Source: Pseudomonadota bacterium (lineage in GTDB: Bacteria > Bdellovibrionota_C > UBA2361 > OMII01). From it: a stretch of 44,560 nucleotides of DNA. Each line of letters starts with the position of its first letter. The stretch's first letter is position 1. The stretch lies in the NCBI GenBank assembly GCA_038134595.1, contig JAYPVM010000016.1, forward strand, positions 1 through 44,560, given 5' to 3'. The notes under the pieces are model-generated. The model did not search any database. It was not told the origin of the DNA and was given only the letters and a program-made list of their open reading frames with translations. The translations under genes were made by a program, and so were the position numbers. Positions 10,749 to 20,731 of this stretch are shown here, piece after piece.

Positions 10749-11726
10749 ATGTCTTCATCAATACTTAGCTCACCTAACCTCTTAGCACCAGCCTCTAAGC
10801 TTGAACGCAAGTTAATTATAATAGTACCAGCTTATAATGAGCAGGACACTGTTGCTGAGACTATCGCTGTTTTGAAGGCGGCGCAAAATTACTGCGATTC
10901 GGGTTATCGTTGGTTGGTCTACGTGATTAACGATGGCTCTCAGGATGCCACAGCTCAAGTCAGCATCGACGCGGGTGCGGACCGGGTTATAAATCATCGA
11001 GTCAATCTCGGACTGGGCGCTGCCGTACGCACCGGGCTCATTGCGGCTAGAACTGATGGTGCAGATGCGGTTATAAAGTTCGACGCAGACAGACAACACG
11101 ATCCCACTGACATCTCGGCAATGCTTGAGTTTCTTGTAAATGACTCAGCAGATGTCATCTATGGCAACCGTTTTGAGCGTATAAATTACTCCATGCCACT
11201 AGTTCGTAGGATTGGAAACATAGTTTTTACAAAACTCATGAGCTGGCTCACTCAATGGGAGATTAAAGACAGTCAACCTGGTATTTTTTGTGTAAACCGA
11301 ACTTATCTTTGCCAGTTTTACTTACCGGGCGATTATAATTACACACAACAAATCCTTTTGGACGCATATCACAAAGGTATGCGATTTGCGCAAGTGCCTG
11401 TAGCGTTCCACAAGCGAGTAACCGGTAGCTCGTTTGTTTCACTCAAGTATCCCCTCAAAGTTATCCCACAGATCGTAATGGTGCTGGTTGGTGTCAAACC
11501 GTTAAAGGTATTTGCGCCCATTGGGATGTTTTGTCTATTGCTTGGAGGGGGTGTAGCGACAGTTCAGTTTGCCTTTTGGCTTTTTGCCGAGGGTGCTAAG
11601 CCAGTCACCAACGTTAATTTAGTGCTTGGACTTTTGGTATTTGGTATGCAAAGTTTATTTTTCGGACTACTAGCAGACCTAATTGTCAAGAAAACCGCTG
11701 GAATAACACGACACCCCCTGGATTAA
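10749..11726 (+). CDS. GT2, polyprenol-phosphate glycosyltransferase (DPM synthase/GtrB/ArnC-like)
   Basis: IVPAYNE, INDGSQD, NLGLGAA, FDADRQHDP, DSQPG; two C-terminal TM helices; start set by the upstream promoter. Confidence 0.85.
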   Translation: MSSSILSSPNLLAPASKLERKLIIIVPAYNEQDTVAETIAVLKAAQNYCDSGYRWLVYVINDGSQDATAQVSIDAGADRVINHRVNLGLGAAVRTGLIAARTDGADAVIKFDADRQHDPTDISAMLEFLVNDSADVIYGNRFERINYSMPLVRRIGNIVFTKLMSWLTQWEIKDSQPGIFCVNRTYLCQFYLPGDYNYTQQILLDAYHKGMRFAQVPVAFHKRVTGSSFVSLKYPLKVIPQIVMVLVGVKPLKVFAPIGMFCLLLGGGVATVQFAFWLFAEGAKPVTNVNLVLGLLVFGMQSLFFGLLADLIVKKTAGITRHPLD

Positions 11727-11755
11727 CGTAATTTGTCAGAAGTAGAGAATCGAAG

Positions 11756-12619
11756 ATGGCAACCTATCCCTGCAAGACTCCAAGGCAGCAACTATTCCCC
11801 CCCGCGCGTTATTGGACCATGCGATTACTGCGAAGAATGACCCCTCAAAGGATTGTTGCCACGATGCTAGATCGTGGATTCTACCTAAAAGCTGGCTGGG
11901 ATACGAGCGCTCCAAACGTATCATTACAGCTGTACGAAGACGCTGCACGGCAGCACGGGAAAACACTTCGGGATTCCCATGTTTGCATCCTCGGGTACGG
12001 TGGCGGATTCGCAGTCGCACTACATATGTTGGAACTAGGGGTACGACATGTAACGCTTCAAGATCCATATTGTGAGAGGCGTAATTACCGCAATAAACAA
12101 CTTGATCCATCGCGTATGGCGAAGTTTTTCGACAACGATGGTGGCACGTGGCTTCCGAAACACGAATATATCACGGTCACTAGGGAGCCTATGGAACGGC
12201 TTGCAAGTGCGAGTTCTCAAATTTTTGACTTCGTAGTCTCTAGTTCTGTATTAGAACATGTTTCTGACCTCAAATCAGTAATACCCGCTTGCGCGCAACT
12301 AACAAAACCCGGCGGTCTAAATATACATGTCGTTGACTTACGCGATCATTACTTCAAGTATCCCTTCGAAATGCTCTGTTACTCGACAGCTACTTGGAAC
12401 CGTTGGCTTAATGCTAGTAACAACTTGAATAGATGGAGATTACCCCAATACCAAGAGATTTTTGATGGGCTTTTCTCGCGAACTGAAATTCATATTTTAG
12501 AATCCTTAGAAGAGGATTTTTACAAAGTTCGCCATCGAATACGGCCAGAGTTTCTGACGGGAATAGATCAACAAGATGCGGTTGCACGCATTCGCGTGGT
12601 GGCAACAGCGGGTGAATAA
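11756..12619 (+). CDS. class I SAM-dependent methyltransferase
   Basis: glycine-rich CILGYGGG; FDFVVSSSVLEHV; LTKPGG; VDLRDH; LNRWR. Confidence 0.8.
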   Translation: MATYPCKTPRQQLFPPARYWTMRLLRRMTPQRIVATMLDRGFYLKAGWDTSAPNVSLQLYEDAARQHGKTLRDSHVCILGYGGGFAVALHMLELGVRHVTLQDPYCERRNYRNKQLDPSRMAKFFDNDGGTWLPKHEYITVTREPMERLASASSQIFDFVVSSSVLEHVSDLKSVIPACAQLTKPGGLNIHVVDLRDHYFKYPFEMLCYSTATWNRWLNASNNLNRWRLPQYQEIFDGLFSRTEIHILESLEEDFYKVRHRIRPEFLTGIDQQDAVARIRVVATAGE

Positions 12620-12641
12620 AGTAAGACTTTGACTGACCGCG

Positions 12642-13595
12642 CTATCCTGGCTCGTTATATCGATCTTTCTGCAAGAGACGGGTGATAAATAGGGTCCCCC
12701 CGGCACACAAGCTATGAAATATCGAGAACCCGTAAACGACAAAACACACCAGTAACACCTGTTCGGTGCTCAGACCTGCACGTCCCCAGAAATACAAGGC
12801 AACTAACTCTGTTACTCCCCTTCCCTGTATTGTAAACGGCGCATTAGACATAAATAATATCACAGGCGCACTAATGAGATATGTCGTAAAGGGCGTTTCT
12901 ATACTGAATGCTAGCGAGACAAGCCAAAAAAGTAATGCATTAGAAATAAAGTAAAGTAGAAGAAGTAAAGAGGAAACTACCAATTGGCTTGTGTCTTTCA
13001 AAAGTATAAAAAATACATTTGAACCCACTGCAAAAATCGACCTGAACTTCTCAGGAACGATCGATTGGACAATGGAAAGTTTCGATAATTTTTCAAAATA
13101 TCTCCTACGACGAAGATCCGGTGCGGCAATAACAATTACCAGGCATAATAATCCCAGACATAAAATCAGCAAGCTATATGTCGATACAGCCACGGTCAGC
13201 AACACAGCAACGGTGAGTATAAATCCTAGCACTAATGTTTGCATTCTCAGAAACATCAAAATCCCCAACATCTCCGACTTGGAGCCCCCTTTCGATGATT
13301 CAATTAATCGGTAACTATCGCTGCCGAGCTTGCCCGGTACGAACGAATCAAATGACATTGCAGTAAAATTTAGCAACAAAATCCGATACAAGTTGATGCG
13401 AGGGGCATATTTAAGACTAAGCACATACCACCGTATGCCTTGTAAGATAATCAAAATAAAACTCGATGCTAATGCTATACAAATTAGCCTGGGATTAGCC
13501 GTTGCAATCCCAACCAGAAAATCCTCTATATTTAACCGAGCGATCAGAAAAGTTAAAATCAGCGCTGGGAACAGCATGCGCCACCAATGCTTCAC
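12642..13595 (-). CDS. lysylphosphatidylglycerol-synthase TM domain / UPF0104 flippase-like membrane protein
   Basis: about 8 TM segments; GIRW, FVPGKLGSDSYR, PFTIQGRGVTE motifs. Confidence 0.75.
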   Translation of the reverse strand: MKHWWRMLFPALILTFLIARLNIEDFLVGIATANPRLICIALASSFILIILQGIRWYVLSLKYAPRINLYRILLLNFTAMSFDSFVPGKLGSDSYRLIESSKGGSKSEMLGILMFLRMQTLVLGFILTVAVLLTVAVSTYSLLILCLGLLCLVIVIAAPDLRRRRYFEKLSKLSIVQSIVPEKFRSIFAVGSNVFFILLKDTSQLVVSSLLLLLYFISNALLFWLVSLAFSIETPFTTYLISAPVILFMSNAPFTIQGRGVTELVALYFWGRAGLSTEQVLLVCFVVYGFSIFHSLCAGGTLFITRLLQKDRYNEPG

Positions 13596-13596
13596 A

Positions 13597-14205
13597 TTAA
13601 CCCCTACTCTCTTCGTTCTTTAGTACAGCATGAAATATGACCTCTTCGTGCATCAGTTTTGATTTAAAGGTCTTCATGGATCTAATTTCGTAACCAGCCC
13701 GGTCAAAAACATCCCTAAGCTCTCCCTTTGAAAAGTTGTTTACCCATCCGAGCGAGAGCCTATATGGCCAAGCAAATAATCGTCCAACGCAGTACGAGAA
13801 TACTACCTCGGGTGCGACCTCAACAGAACGACGAGCCACGGCTTGAACGTCATGTACATATTCTAGTACGCCCAAAAATGTAATAAAATTAAAGGAGCCG
13901 GCTGGAAATTCACCTTTATTCAAATCAACAACTAGACAATCATCTGTTCTCTTGACGATATCTGCTGGCTGGTATCTAACTTTGGCAGGCAGGCAATCTC
14001 TGAGATGCATTTGTCCAGCGCCGACATCCAACACACTCACAGCATCGGGAATATGCTCCGCTATCGCCCTAGCTCGATTACTCCATTCAGAATCAAGGCT
14101 ACCAGCCCTCGACCAGCGTTCATAATCGCTTTTTTTCCCCAATAATAGCGTTAAGGTTGATAATACACGACCACATGACGGCCGTACATTTGACAGTAAT
14201 TTCAT
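13597..14205 (-). CDS. class I SAM-dependent methyltransferase
   Basis: SVLDVGAG, VDLN, LGVLEYV, GWVNNFS; GAGGAGG upstream. Confidence 0.8.
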   Translation of the reverse strand: MKLLSNVRPSCGRVLSTLTLLLGKKSDYERWSRAGSLDSEWSNRARAIAEHIPDAVSVLDVGAGQMHLRDCLPAKVRYQPADIVKRTDDCLVVDLNKGEFPAGSFNFITFLGVLEYVHDVQAVARRSVEVAPEVVFSYCVGRLFAWPYRLSLGWVNNFSKGELRDVFDRAGYEIRSMKTFKSKLMHEEVIFHAVLKNEESRG

Positions 14206-14394
14206 CTGGTCTCTTGTCCTCCTCGCGACTATGAGCTTCTTAATATGCTAGATGATAGTCCGCAATACTTATTGGTTTTCAAAAACAAACGCCTGCCCAA
14301 GCCCCGTAAGCGAAAGCTCCAAACAGACTGCATGCTTGGCTGCCACACTCAACATACCTACCATCATCATTCCAACCAGAGCAATGTTTGATAG

Positions 14395-17300
14395 CTACTT
14401 ATTAGCGTATTGAAATGCATGGTCATAGGCATCTTGATAAACTTTCACCACGCTACTCCAAGTTCGATGCTCGCGCACCCACCTTGCCGCATTCTGCGCC
14501 ATCAATCTCCTGCGCGAATCGTCATTTAGCAGTACTTTCGCAACATCAGCAAGCGACTCTGCATCGCCAGCCTTGAAGGACGCTCCGGTTTCATTCTCTA
14601 TTATCATGCTTCTGAGTGCCTCGACATCGCTTACCAAAAGGGCGCGCCCAGTCGACATAGCCTCATAAGGTTTTAGAGGGGTAACATACCTACAGACTCG
14701 GAAGGGTAACCTTGGAACCACAAAGAGATCGATGAGAGAATAATAACGCAATACATCGCTATGTTGAACTTTGCCCGTAAAAATTACATCTTCAGCGACC
14801 CCAAGATTCTGGGCCAATTCTTCGAGACTTTGCCTTGCCTCGCCATCTCCCACTATAAGAAGCTTCGCACCTGCGATATTTTTTCTCACGCTGGGAAAAG
14901 CCTTAAGCAGCACATCGATGCCCTCATAGCTGACAATGGAACTGATGTATCCCAAAATCTTACATCCCTCGATCCCCAGCTCTTGCGCTAAATCAGAATC
15001 CCTCTCAATTATTGGAAACTTCTCTACCTCAACTGCATTGTGCACAGTAAAGACTTGATCGGCCGCAATTCCCCTGGCACATATCTCCTCCTTCTGAGAA
15101 TCAGAGATCGTAACTACAGCGTCAGCCATGCTCATACATCTTGTCTCTAAGTCTCTAAAAAATGTATAGCGCTCTGTTTCTTCAGTTATTACGCCCTTTG
15201 ATACCTGTGTGTCTTCCCACAGTCCACGCATTTCATAGACGAACGGAAGACCGAGCGCCCTCGCCGCCGCAAGTCCAGCTATTGCGTTTTTGAAGTTTGA
15301 TGCAGCGTGAATCAGATCTGGCTTTTGCGTAGTTGCGACATCTCGAACGCTCTCGGCGTATTCCTGCAAGAAAGAGTCAAGAGGTCGCCTATTGTAATTT
15401 GCTTCTCCGGTGCACGTGCTCCGAAAATATGAAATGCCATCGATGACATCCTCCGCATTGTAATCCTTCATCCCCATGTCAACGGGAAAGCCCGGCTTCG
15501 TAATAACTATGGGCTCGTACCCCAGCTTCTGCTGATTAGTAACAATGTAATGAGACCTGACGGTATATCCGCTTGTCTTATACGGTAGGGAATTCTCCAG
15601 AACGTGTAGCACCTTCTTCACACCGCTTGGAAATTTAACAGGTGCGGGGGTGAGCGTGGGCCAGAAGCCATCCTCATAAACAGCCCGGTCAGCCTTTAAC
15701 AGCTCCTCTAGCTCCCGATATGCCGGATGATTGGGCTCGCGCGCAAGCGCTTTACTGATAGCTGCCCTCGCCTCTGAATATCGCCCTGTGTTCCTATAAA
15801 ATCTCGACAATTCAAACTGGACCTTGGTGCCACCCAACCCCACACTCACGATCTCGGTCAATATGTGCTCAGCTCCGGTATGCTCTCCCTGCGCGACGAG
15901 TGCCTTTGCCAACTTTATACAACTACCAGCTTCCCGCTCCTCCTGGATATCCAATTTCACTGTCCGTAATAGATTAAGGAAGTCTTTTGTTACTAGGCTA
16001 GCGTCTCTGCTGAATGCTATTTGAGCTAAATCTGCGTAAGGGCTTTGTAGTTTTTTGGTGTGCGTTAACCGTTCTATAACGGCATTAAAAAAGATTTGCA
16101 TTTTAGCATGCAATCCCTCTGTTGAGCTCATGTATTCAAAATGTTGCTCTTCACTAACAATCGACGCCACTGTCTTAAGAACATTGTCTGAATTACCTTT
16201 GCAATCCACCGATACCAAGTCAATAACTCGCACGAGTAGCTCTCGGTTATCCGAGCCAAGCTCCATAGCTTTCTTTGCATACAGAACAGCTTGAGCTAAA
16301 TCAGATTGATATAGCAATTCAAACCCAACCTCATAAAGGGGCCTTCGCTCATGGGACTCGCCACCTTCCAAATTATCTAGAACTCGGGACACGCCCTTAG
16401 CTCCCTCAGAGTGGTGGTAGGCTCTCAGTTCTTGCTCTGACAACTTATGTTTGCTTGGGAGAGGGCAGCAACTCTGCTCTCTTCTCATTACCGAAAGAGA
16501 TTTTCGGACTAAATCTCGGAAAATTAGTGAGCTATTCGGCACTAGAGTCACAAATCCCTTTGGGGACTTGCACGCATTCACCAGTGCACTACCCACTCTA
16601 AACCTCACACTACCGACAACACTCTTATACTGTGCTTGCTGTTTCGCAAGCTTATCCATAAGAAGAGCATTGTTCCTTCTCAATTCAATCGATTCCTTTT
16701 GGGCTTGCTGTAACTTTGCATTTTGATTTTTAAAATGTTCTAACGATTCTCGTTCCGAAGAATCCTCTTTAGATCGGCCTGCCACCAACTGCTTTCTCTT
16801 ACTCTCAGATTCCTTCAGTTTAAGCCGAATCTCTCTTGATATATCTCTTTGTGCACTTAGGCGACGATGCAAAATCTCTTGCACTGCTAACATACCACGC
16901 TCGGTTATGTCTAAGAGCTCATCGACAGGCAGCTTCTTTAAAATTGCTTTCCTCGCTATCAAACGAATATATAGCCCCTGAGTTTCTATACTCTCCACCG
17001 AAACACCCGCTGGCAATAAGCTAATAAGGCCACGTAGGGTGAACGTACTTTTATGGTCCTCTGACGGAAAAAATCCAAGCGGCGTTGTGACAATAAAAGT
17101 CCCACCCTCGGTCAAAAACGAACAGGCCTTCTCTATTACTCTCTGTGGATTTGCAAAATGCTCTATGACTTCACCCAAAACCACTGTATCGAAGATTCCA
17201 AGCTGGTTACCGTCCATTTCCAACAAATCAACGTTGAGAAATTTGAGTCTAGAGCGAACCGTATCATCTAACTTCATTCTCTCATTATTCGCATATGAGA

Positions 17301-17514
17301 TTGCTTCAGGATGAATATCTACTCCGACGACAGAGTATCCCTTTTGTGCTAGTAACAGGGATACTATTCCCTGACTACATCCTAGATCCAAAACCTTCGC
17401 ACCTTGTGCGTTTGAACAGATCCAATCTACGCGCTCTCTACACATCTGTTGAGCTTCCTCGGAGAAGATTTCTCCTTTGTAGACCTCTCCGACCCTATCT
17501 AAGGCTAAACTCAT
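14395..17514 (-). CDS. methyltransferase - coiled coil - TPR - GT4 fusion protein
   Basis: VLDLGCSQG, GEVIEH, TTPLG at N-term; K/E/Q-rich helical run; TPR-like YSEARAAISKALAREPNH; C-term GT4 SGYTVRS, HAAS, YEMRGLWED, TPLKPYEAM; GAGGA RBS before ATG 17514. Confidence 0.85.
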   Translation of the reverse strand: MSLALDRVGEVYKGEIFSEEAQQMCRERVDWICSNAQGAKVLDLGCSQGIVSLLLAQKGYSVVGVDIHPEAISYANNERMKLDDTVRSRLKFLNVDLLEMDGNQLGIFDTVVLGEVIEHFANPQRVIEKACSFLTEGGTFIVTTPLGFFPSEDHKSTFTLRGLISLLPAGVSVESIETQGLYIRLIARKAILKKLPVDELLDITERGMLAVQEILHRRLSAQRDISREIRLKLKESESKRKQLVAGRSKEDSSERESLEHFKNQNAKLQQAQKESIELRRNNALLMDKLAKQQAQYKSVVGSVRFRVGSALVNACKSPKGFVTLVPNSSLIFRDLVRKSLSVMRREQSCCPLPSKHKLSEQELRAYHHSEGAKGVSRVLDNLEGGESHERRPLYEVGFELLYQSDLAQAVLYAKKAMELGSDNRELLVRVIDLVSVDCKGNSDNVLKTVASIVSEEQHFEYMSSTEGLHAKMQIFFNAVIERLTHTKKLQSPYADLAQIAFSRDASLVTKDFLNLLRTVKLDIQEEREAGSCIKLAKALVAQGEHTGAEHILTEIVSVGLGGTKVQFELSRFYRNTGRYSEARAAISKALAREPNHPAYRELEELLKADRAVYEDGFWPTLTPAPVKFPSGVKKVLHVLENSLPYKTSGYTVRSHYIVTNQQKLGYEPIVITKPGFPVDMGMKDYNAEDVIDGISYFRSTCTGEANYNRRPLDSFLQEYAESVRDVATTQKPDLIHAASNFKNAIAGLAAARALGLPFVYEMRGLWEDTQVSKGVITEETERYTFFRDLETRCMSMADAVVTISDSQKEEICARGIAADQVFTVHNAVEVEKFPIIERDSDLAQELGIEGCKILGYISSIVSYEGIDVLLKAFPSVRKNIAGAKLLIVGDGEARQSLEELAQNLGVAEDVIFTGKVQHSDVLRYYSLIDLFVVPRLPFRVCRYVTPLKPYEAMSTGRALLVSDVEALRSMIIENETGASFKAGDAESLADVAKVLLNDDSRRRLMAQNAARWVREHRTWSSVVKVYQDAYDHAFQYANK

Positions 17515-17527
17515 ACTACTGTCCTCA

Positions 17528-18625
17528 TTACAATATCTTTTCAATGCAATCCACAGACCGAACCGCTGCTTTGCCGTCCCATACATAGAGGTCGTTTGTC
17601 GACCTAGAAACGGGGCTCTGGTTTAGTATCTTCTCGATCTCTTCCTGAATCTTGACTCTTTGGGTGCCCACAATGGTGTTTGTCCCCTGTACCACAGTAA
17701 TCGGCCTCTCTGTATTTTCTCTGGCCGTCAAACAAGGGACCCCAAGTGCTGTGGTCTCCTCTTGTAAACCTCCTGAATCCGTCAAAACAAATCGAGAATA
17801 GTAGTTTAATGCTAAACAATCTACGTAGCCAATTGGCTCCAAAAGATGGATTTCATCGTTTTTTTCTAACGCTTCATACAAACCAAATTCAATAAGCTTC
17901 TTCTTGGTCCGAGGATGTAGCGGCAATAAAATTGAAAGACGGCTGGCTAACTTGTCAAAGACATCAACAAACATCGCCGCATTTTCTTGAACATCTACGT
18001 TAGACGGTCGATGTAGGGTTACTAGGGCATACTGTTGGGGTATAACGCCAAATGTATTGTGCACATCGACCTCTGCTGCCCTCGGAAGAAGTCTCAGCAG
18101 AGTATCAATCATTACATTTCCGACGCAATGAATCTTTGACGGAGCGATTCCCTCTTTAATCAAATTTTCATCACCGTCCGGACTCGGCGTTAACAACAAG
18201 TCTGACATTCTATCTGTGAGAACACGGTTGACTTCCTCGGGCATAGCCCAATCCCCGGACCTAAGCCCTGCCTCGACGTGACACAGCTTGATATTTAATT
18301 TTGCAGCCACAAGAGAACACGCCAAGGTAGAATTAACATCGCCCACAACGACTACCAATAAGGGGCGATCGGCCATGCAAAGACGCTCAAATTCAATCAT
18401 TACCTTTGCTGTTTGCTCGGCATGGCTGCCTGAACCAACTTCAAGAAATACGTCTGGCTTGGCGATTTCAAGTTCTTCGAAAAAAATATCAGACATGTTC
18501 TTATCGTAATGCTGTCCAGTGTGAATCAATTTGTACGGTATCTTGCGCCTGGACAACTCACGTATAATGGGATCGACCTTCATAAAATTTGGGCGGGCCC
18601 CCGTAATGACAGCTACGTATGACAT
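17528..18625 (-). CDS. wecB: UDP-N-acetylglucosamine 2-epimerase (non-hydrolysing)
   Basis: GARPNFMK, HTGQHYD, VGDVNST, HVEAGLRS, MPEEVNR, TDSGGLQEE, ENTERP. Confidence 0.95.
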   Translation of the reverse strand: MSYVAVITGARPNFMKVDPIIRELSRRKIPYKLIHTGQHYDKNMSDIFFEELEIAKPDVFLEVGSGSHAEQTAKVMIEFERLCMADRPLLVVVVGDVNSTLACSLVAAKLNIKLCHVEAGLRSGDWAMPEEVNRVLTDRMSDLLLTPSPDGDENLIKEGIAPSKIHCVGNVMIDTLLRLLPRAAEVDVHNTFGVIPQQYALVTLHRPSNVDVQENAAMFVDVFDKLASRLSILLPLHPRTKKKLIEFGLYEALEKNDEIHLLEPIGYVDCLALNYYSRFVLTDSGGLQEETTALGVPCLTARENTERPITVVQGTNTIVGTQRVKIQEEIEKILNQSPVSRSTNDLYVWDGKAAVRSVDCIEKIL

Positions 18626-18790
18626 CGTCCAATCAGCTCCTGAAACATTGTCCCCTTTGGCGCATTTTTAATCTTAAAGGCCACGTTAAGTTTGTATGAT
18701 GTATCCAGACTACCTCCACAGAGAACTGGGAATTCTCGGCGACTTCGCACCGCTTTAGCTTACCAAATCCCTGACTTAAATCAAACGTAA

Positions 18791-19483
18791 TCACGCCATT
18801 AGTCCCCGCAACTGCCGAACAATAAGCGGCACCCCCTCACTCGCCGGGGCCTTTACCACTCGGAAGCTCTCATCAGTGAGTCCATTTGGATTAGGGTCTA
18901 TAAAGAATTTTAAACTCTCATACGGCACGTAATCGACAATACTTGCTGCTGGATATACCTCAAGGGAAGTTCCTACAACGATGAAAAAATCGGCGGTTTT
19001 AGCGTACTCCATCGCAACATCCATCATCGGAACAGACTCGCCGAACCATACAACGTGAGGTCGGAGCTGGGAGCCTTTTTCACACACGTCTCCAATAGAA
19101 ATATCCCCCCGGCATGGATAGAGCAACGATTCATCAGTTGAGCTTCGTGATTTTACGATTTCGCCGTGGAGGTGCAGTACCGAACTGCTTCCTGCCCGCT
19201 CATGCAGGTCGTCTATATTCTGGGTGATGATTGTAACGCGAAAAATATCTTCTAGCTCTTTGAGTGCGCAGTGAGCATCATTTGGCTCTGCCGCAAGAAC
19301 GCCTCTTCTACGCTCATTGTAAAACCGCAACACGCGAGCGGGATTTTGCTCCCACGCCTCTGGGGTAGCAACTTCTTTTACCGAGACTCCTTCCCATAGC
19401 CCTCCAGCGCCACGAAAGGTGCCAAGCCCACTCTCGGCGCTTATCCCCGCTCCTGAAAGCACCACGACGTGACGTTGCTTCAT
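18791..19483 (-). CDS. cobB: NAD-dependent protein deacylase (class III sirtuin)
   Basis: GAGISAESG..TFRG, FYNERR, TQNIDDLHERAG, HLHG, RPHVVWFGE, GTSLEVYPA. Confidence 0.93.
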   Translation of the reverse strand: MKQRHVVVLSGAGISAESGLGTFRGAGGLWEGVSVKEVATPEAWEQNPARVLRFYNERRRGVLAAEPNDAHCALKELEDIFRVTIITQNIDDLHERAGSSSVLHLHGEIVKSRSSTDESLLYPCRGDISIGDVCEKGSQLRPHVVWFGESVPMMDVAMEYAKTADFFIVVGTSLEVYPAASIVDYVPYESLKFFIDPNPNGLTDESFRVVKAPASEGVPLIVRQLRGLMA

Positions 19484-19522
19484 GACCAGGCATCTCCGAG
19501 AATAAAAACAGCGACAACCACC

Positions 19523-20593
19523 TTAGGCAATCGTTACTTCCTTGGTGAGATACACATCCTGAATCGCATTAAGAATAGCAACGCCGTCTTCCATCGATTT
19601 CTGAAACGCTTTTCGACCTGAAATAAGCCCCATTCCACCGGCACGTTTGTTAATGACAGCTGTCTTCACGGCATCTTGCATATCATTACTACCAGAACCT
19701 CCTCCAGAGTTTATCAGTCCGCAACGACCCATATAGCAATTGGCGACCTGATATCGAGTTCTATCAATCACGTGATCTGTTGTAAGCTCTGAGTACATTC
19801 GCTCATCAAGCTTGCCGTACGACGAAGCTCCGGAATTAAGAGCTTTAAAGCCCCCGTTACACTCTGGTAGCTTTTGCTTGATAATATCTGCCTCTATCGT
19901 CACCCCCAGATGGTTTGCTTGTCCGGTTAGGTCTGCTGAAACCTCATAGTTGGCCCCATCAACATTGAAAGCCCCATTTCGAACGTAGCACCACAATATA
20001 GTAGCCATACCAAGCTCATGCGCCTGCGAAAACGCCTCGGAAACCTCAACAAGCTGCCTCGTTGACTCATCTGAACCAAAGTAAACCGTAGCACCGACGG
20101 CTACACATCCTTGATTCCAAGCATCATGAATACGAGCAAACATGACTTGGTCACTCTTATTTGGGTATGACAACAACTCATTGTGATTTATCTTTAGTAT
20201 ATAGGGGATCTTGTGCGCATATTTTCTCGCTGTTAATCCCAACGCGCCAAAAGTGGTAGCAACGGCATTACATCCCCCTTCAATAGCAAGTCGCACGATA
20301 TTTTCAGGGTCAAAGTACTGTGGATTCTTAGCAAATGACGCCCCAGCTGAGTGTTCAATACCCTGGTCAACTGGCAATATCGAAAGATAACCCGTTCCAC
20401 CCAAACGTCCGTGGTCGTACATAGTTTGTAACGAACGAAGAACCTGAACGTTTCGGTCACTGTTCATCCAAACACGATCAACAAAATCTGGCCCAGGTTG
20501 TGCAATATCGCTGGCAGGAATACCTTTACACGTATGGGTTAACAAACTCTCTGCCTCTACTCCTAGAGTGCTTTCTATCTGGGAAATCGTCAT
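19523..20593 (-). CDS. fbaB: class I fructose-bisphosphate aldolase (DhnA/FbaB type)
   Basis: [62 protein letters not shown]. Confidence 0.95.
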   Translation of the reverse strand: MTISQIESTLGVEAESLLTHTCKGIPASDIAQPGPDFVDRVWMNSDRNVQVLRSLQTMYDHGRLGGTGYLSILPVDQGIEHSAGASFAKNPQYFDPENIVRLAIEGGCNAVATTFGALGLTARKYAHKIPYILKINHNELLSYPNKSDQVMFARIHDAWNQGCVAVGATVYFGSDESTRQLVEVSEAFSQAHELGMATILWCYVRNGAFNVDGANYEVSADLTGQANHLGVTIEADIIKQKLPECNGGFKALNSGASSYGKLDERMYSELTTDHVIDRTRYQVANCYMGRCGLINSGGGSGSNDMQDAVKTAVINKRAGGMGLISGRKAFQKSMEDGVAILNAIQDVYLTKEVTIA

Positions 20594-20634
20594 TAGTATT
20601 CTCCTTAGAATATTGTGTGCCGGTACTATAGAGG

Positions 20635-20659
20635 AAAGCTTGCTGATGGGGCAAGCTTT
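20635..20659 (-). terminator. inverted repeat downstream of the flagellins, overlapping a putative fbaB promoter
   Basis: AAAGCTTGC-7 nt-GCAAGCTTT perfect 9-bp stem; on the minus strand it overlaps TTGCCC-18 nt-TATAGT. Confidence 0.5.
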
Positions 20660-20731
20660 TGAGCCTAAGATACTGATTAAATGTGGTAAATTAACTCGGT
20701 GGAATCATTCGCGTTACAGACACAAACGATA

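Noticed and set aside
14269..14372. 33-aa minus-strand mini-ORF between the fusion gene and the methyltransferase
   Set aside because: No convincing RBS or motif; probably chance
1726..18625. Flagellin glycosylation island interpretation of the glycan locus
   Set aside because: Separated from the flagellins by cobB-fbaB; wzm/wzt and lipid-carrier enzymes point to envelope glycans; no Maf or pse/leg genes seen (not fully excluded for the TPR-GT4 fusion)
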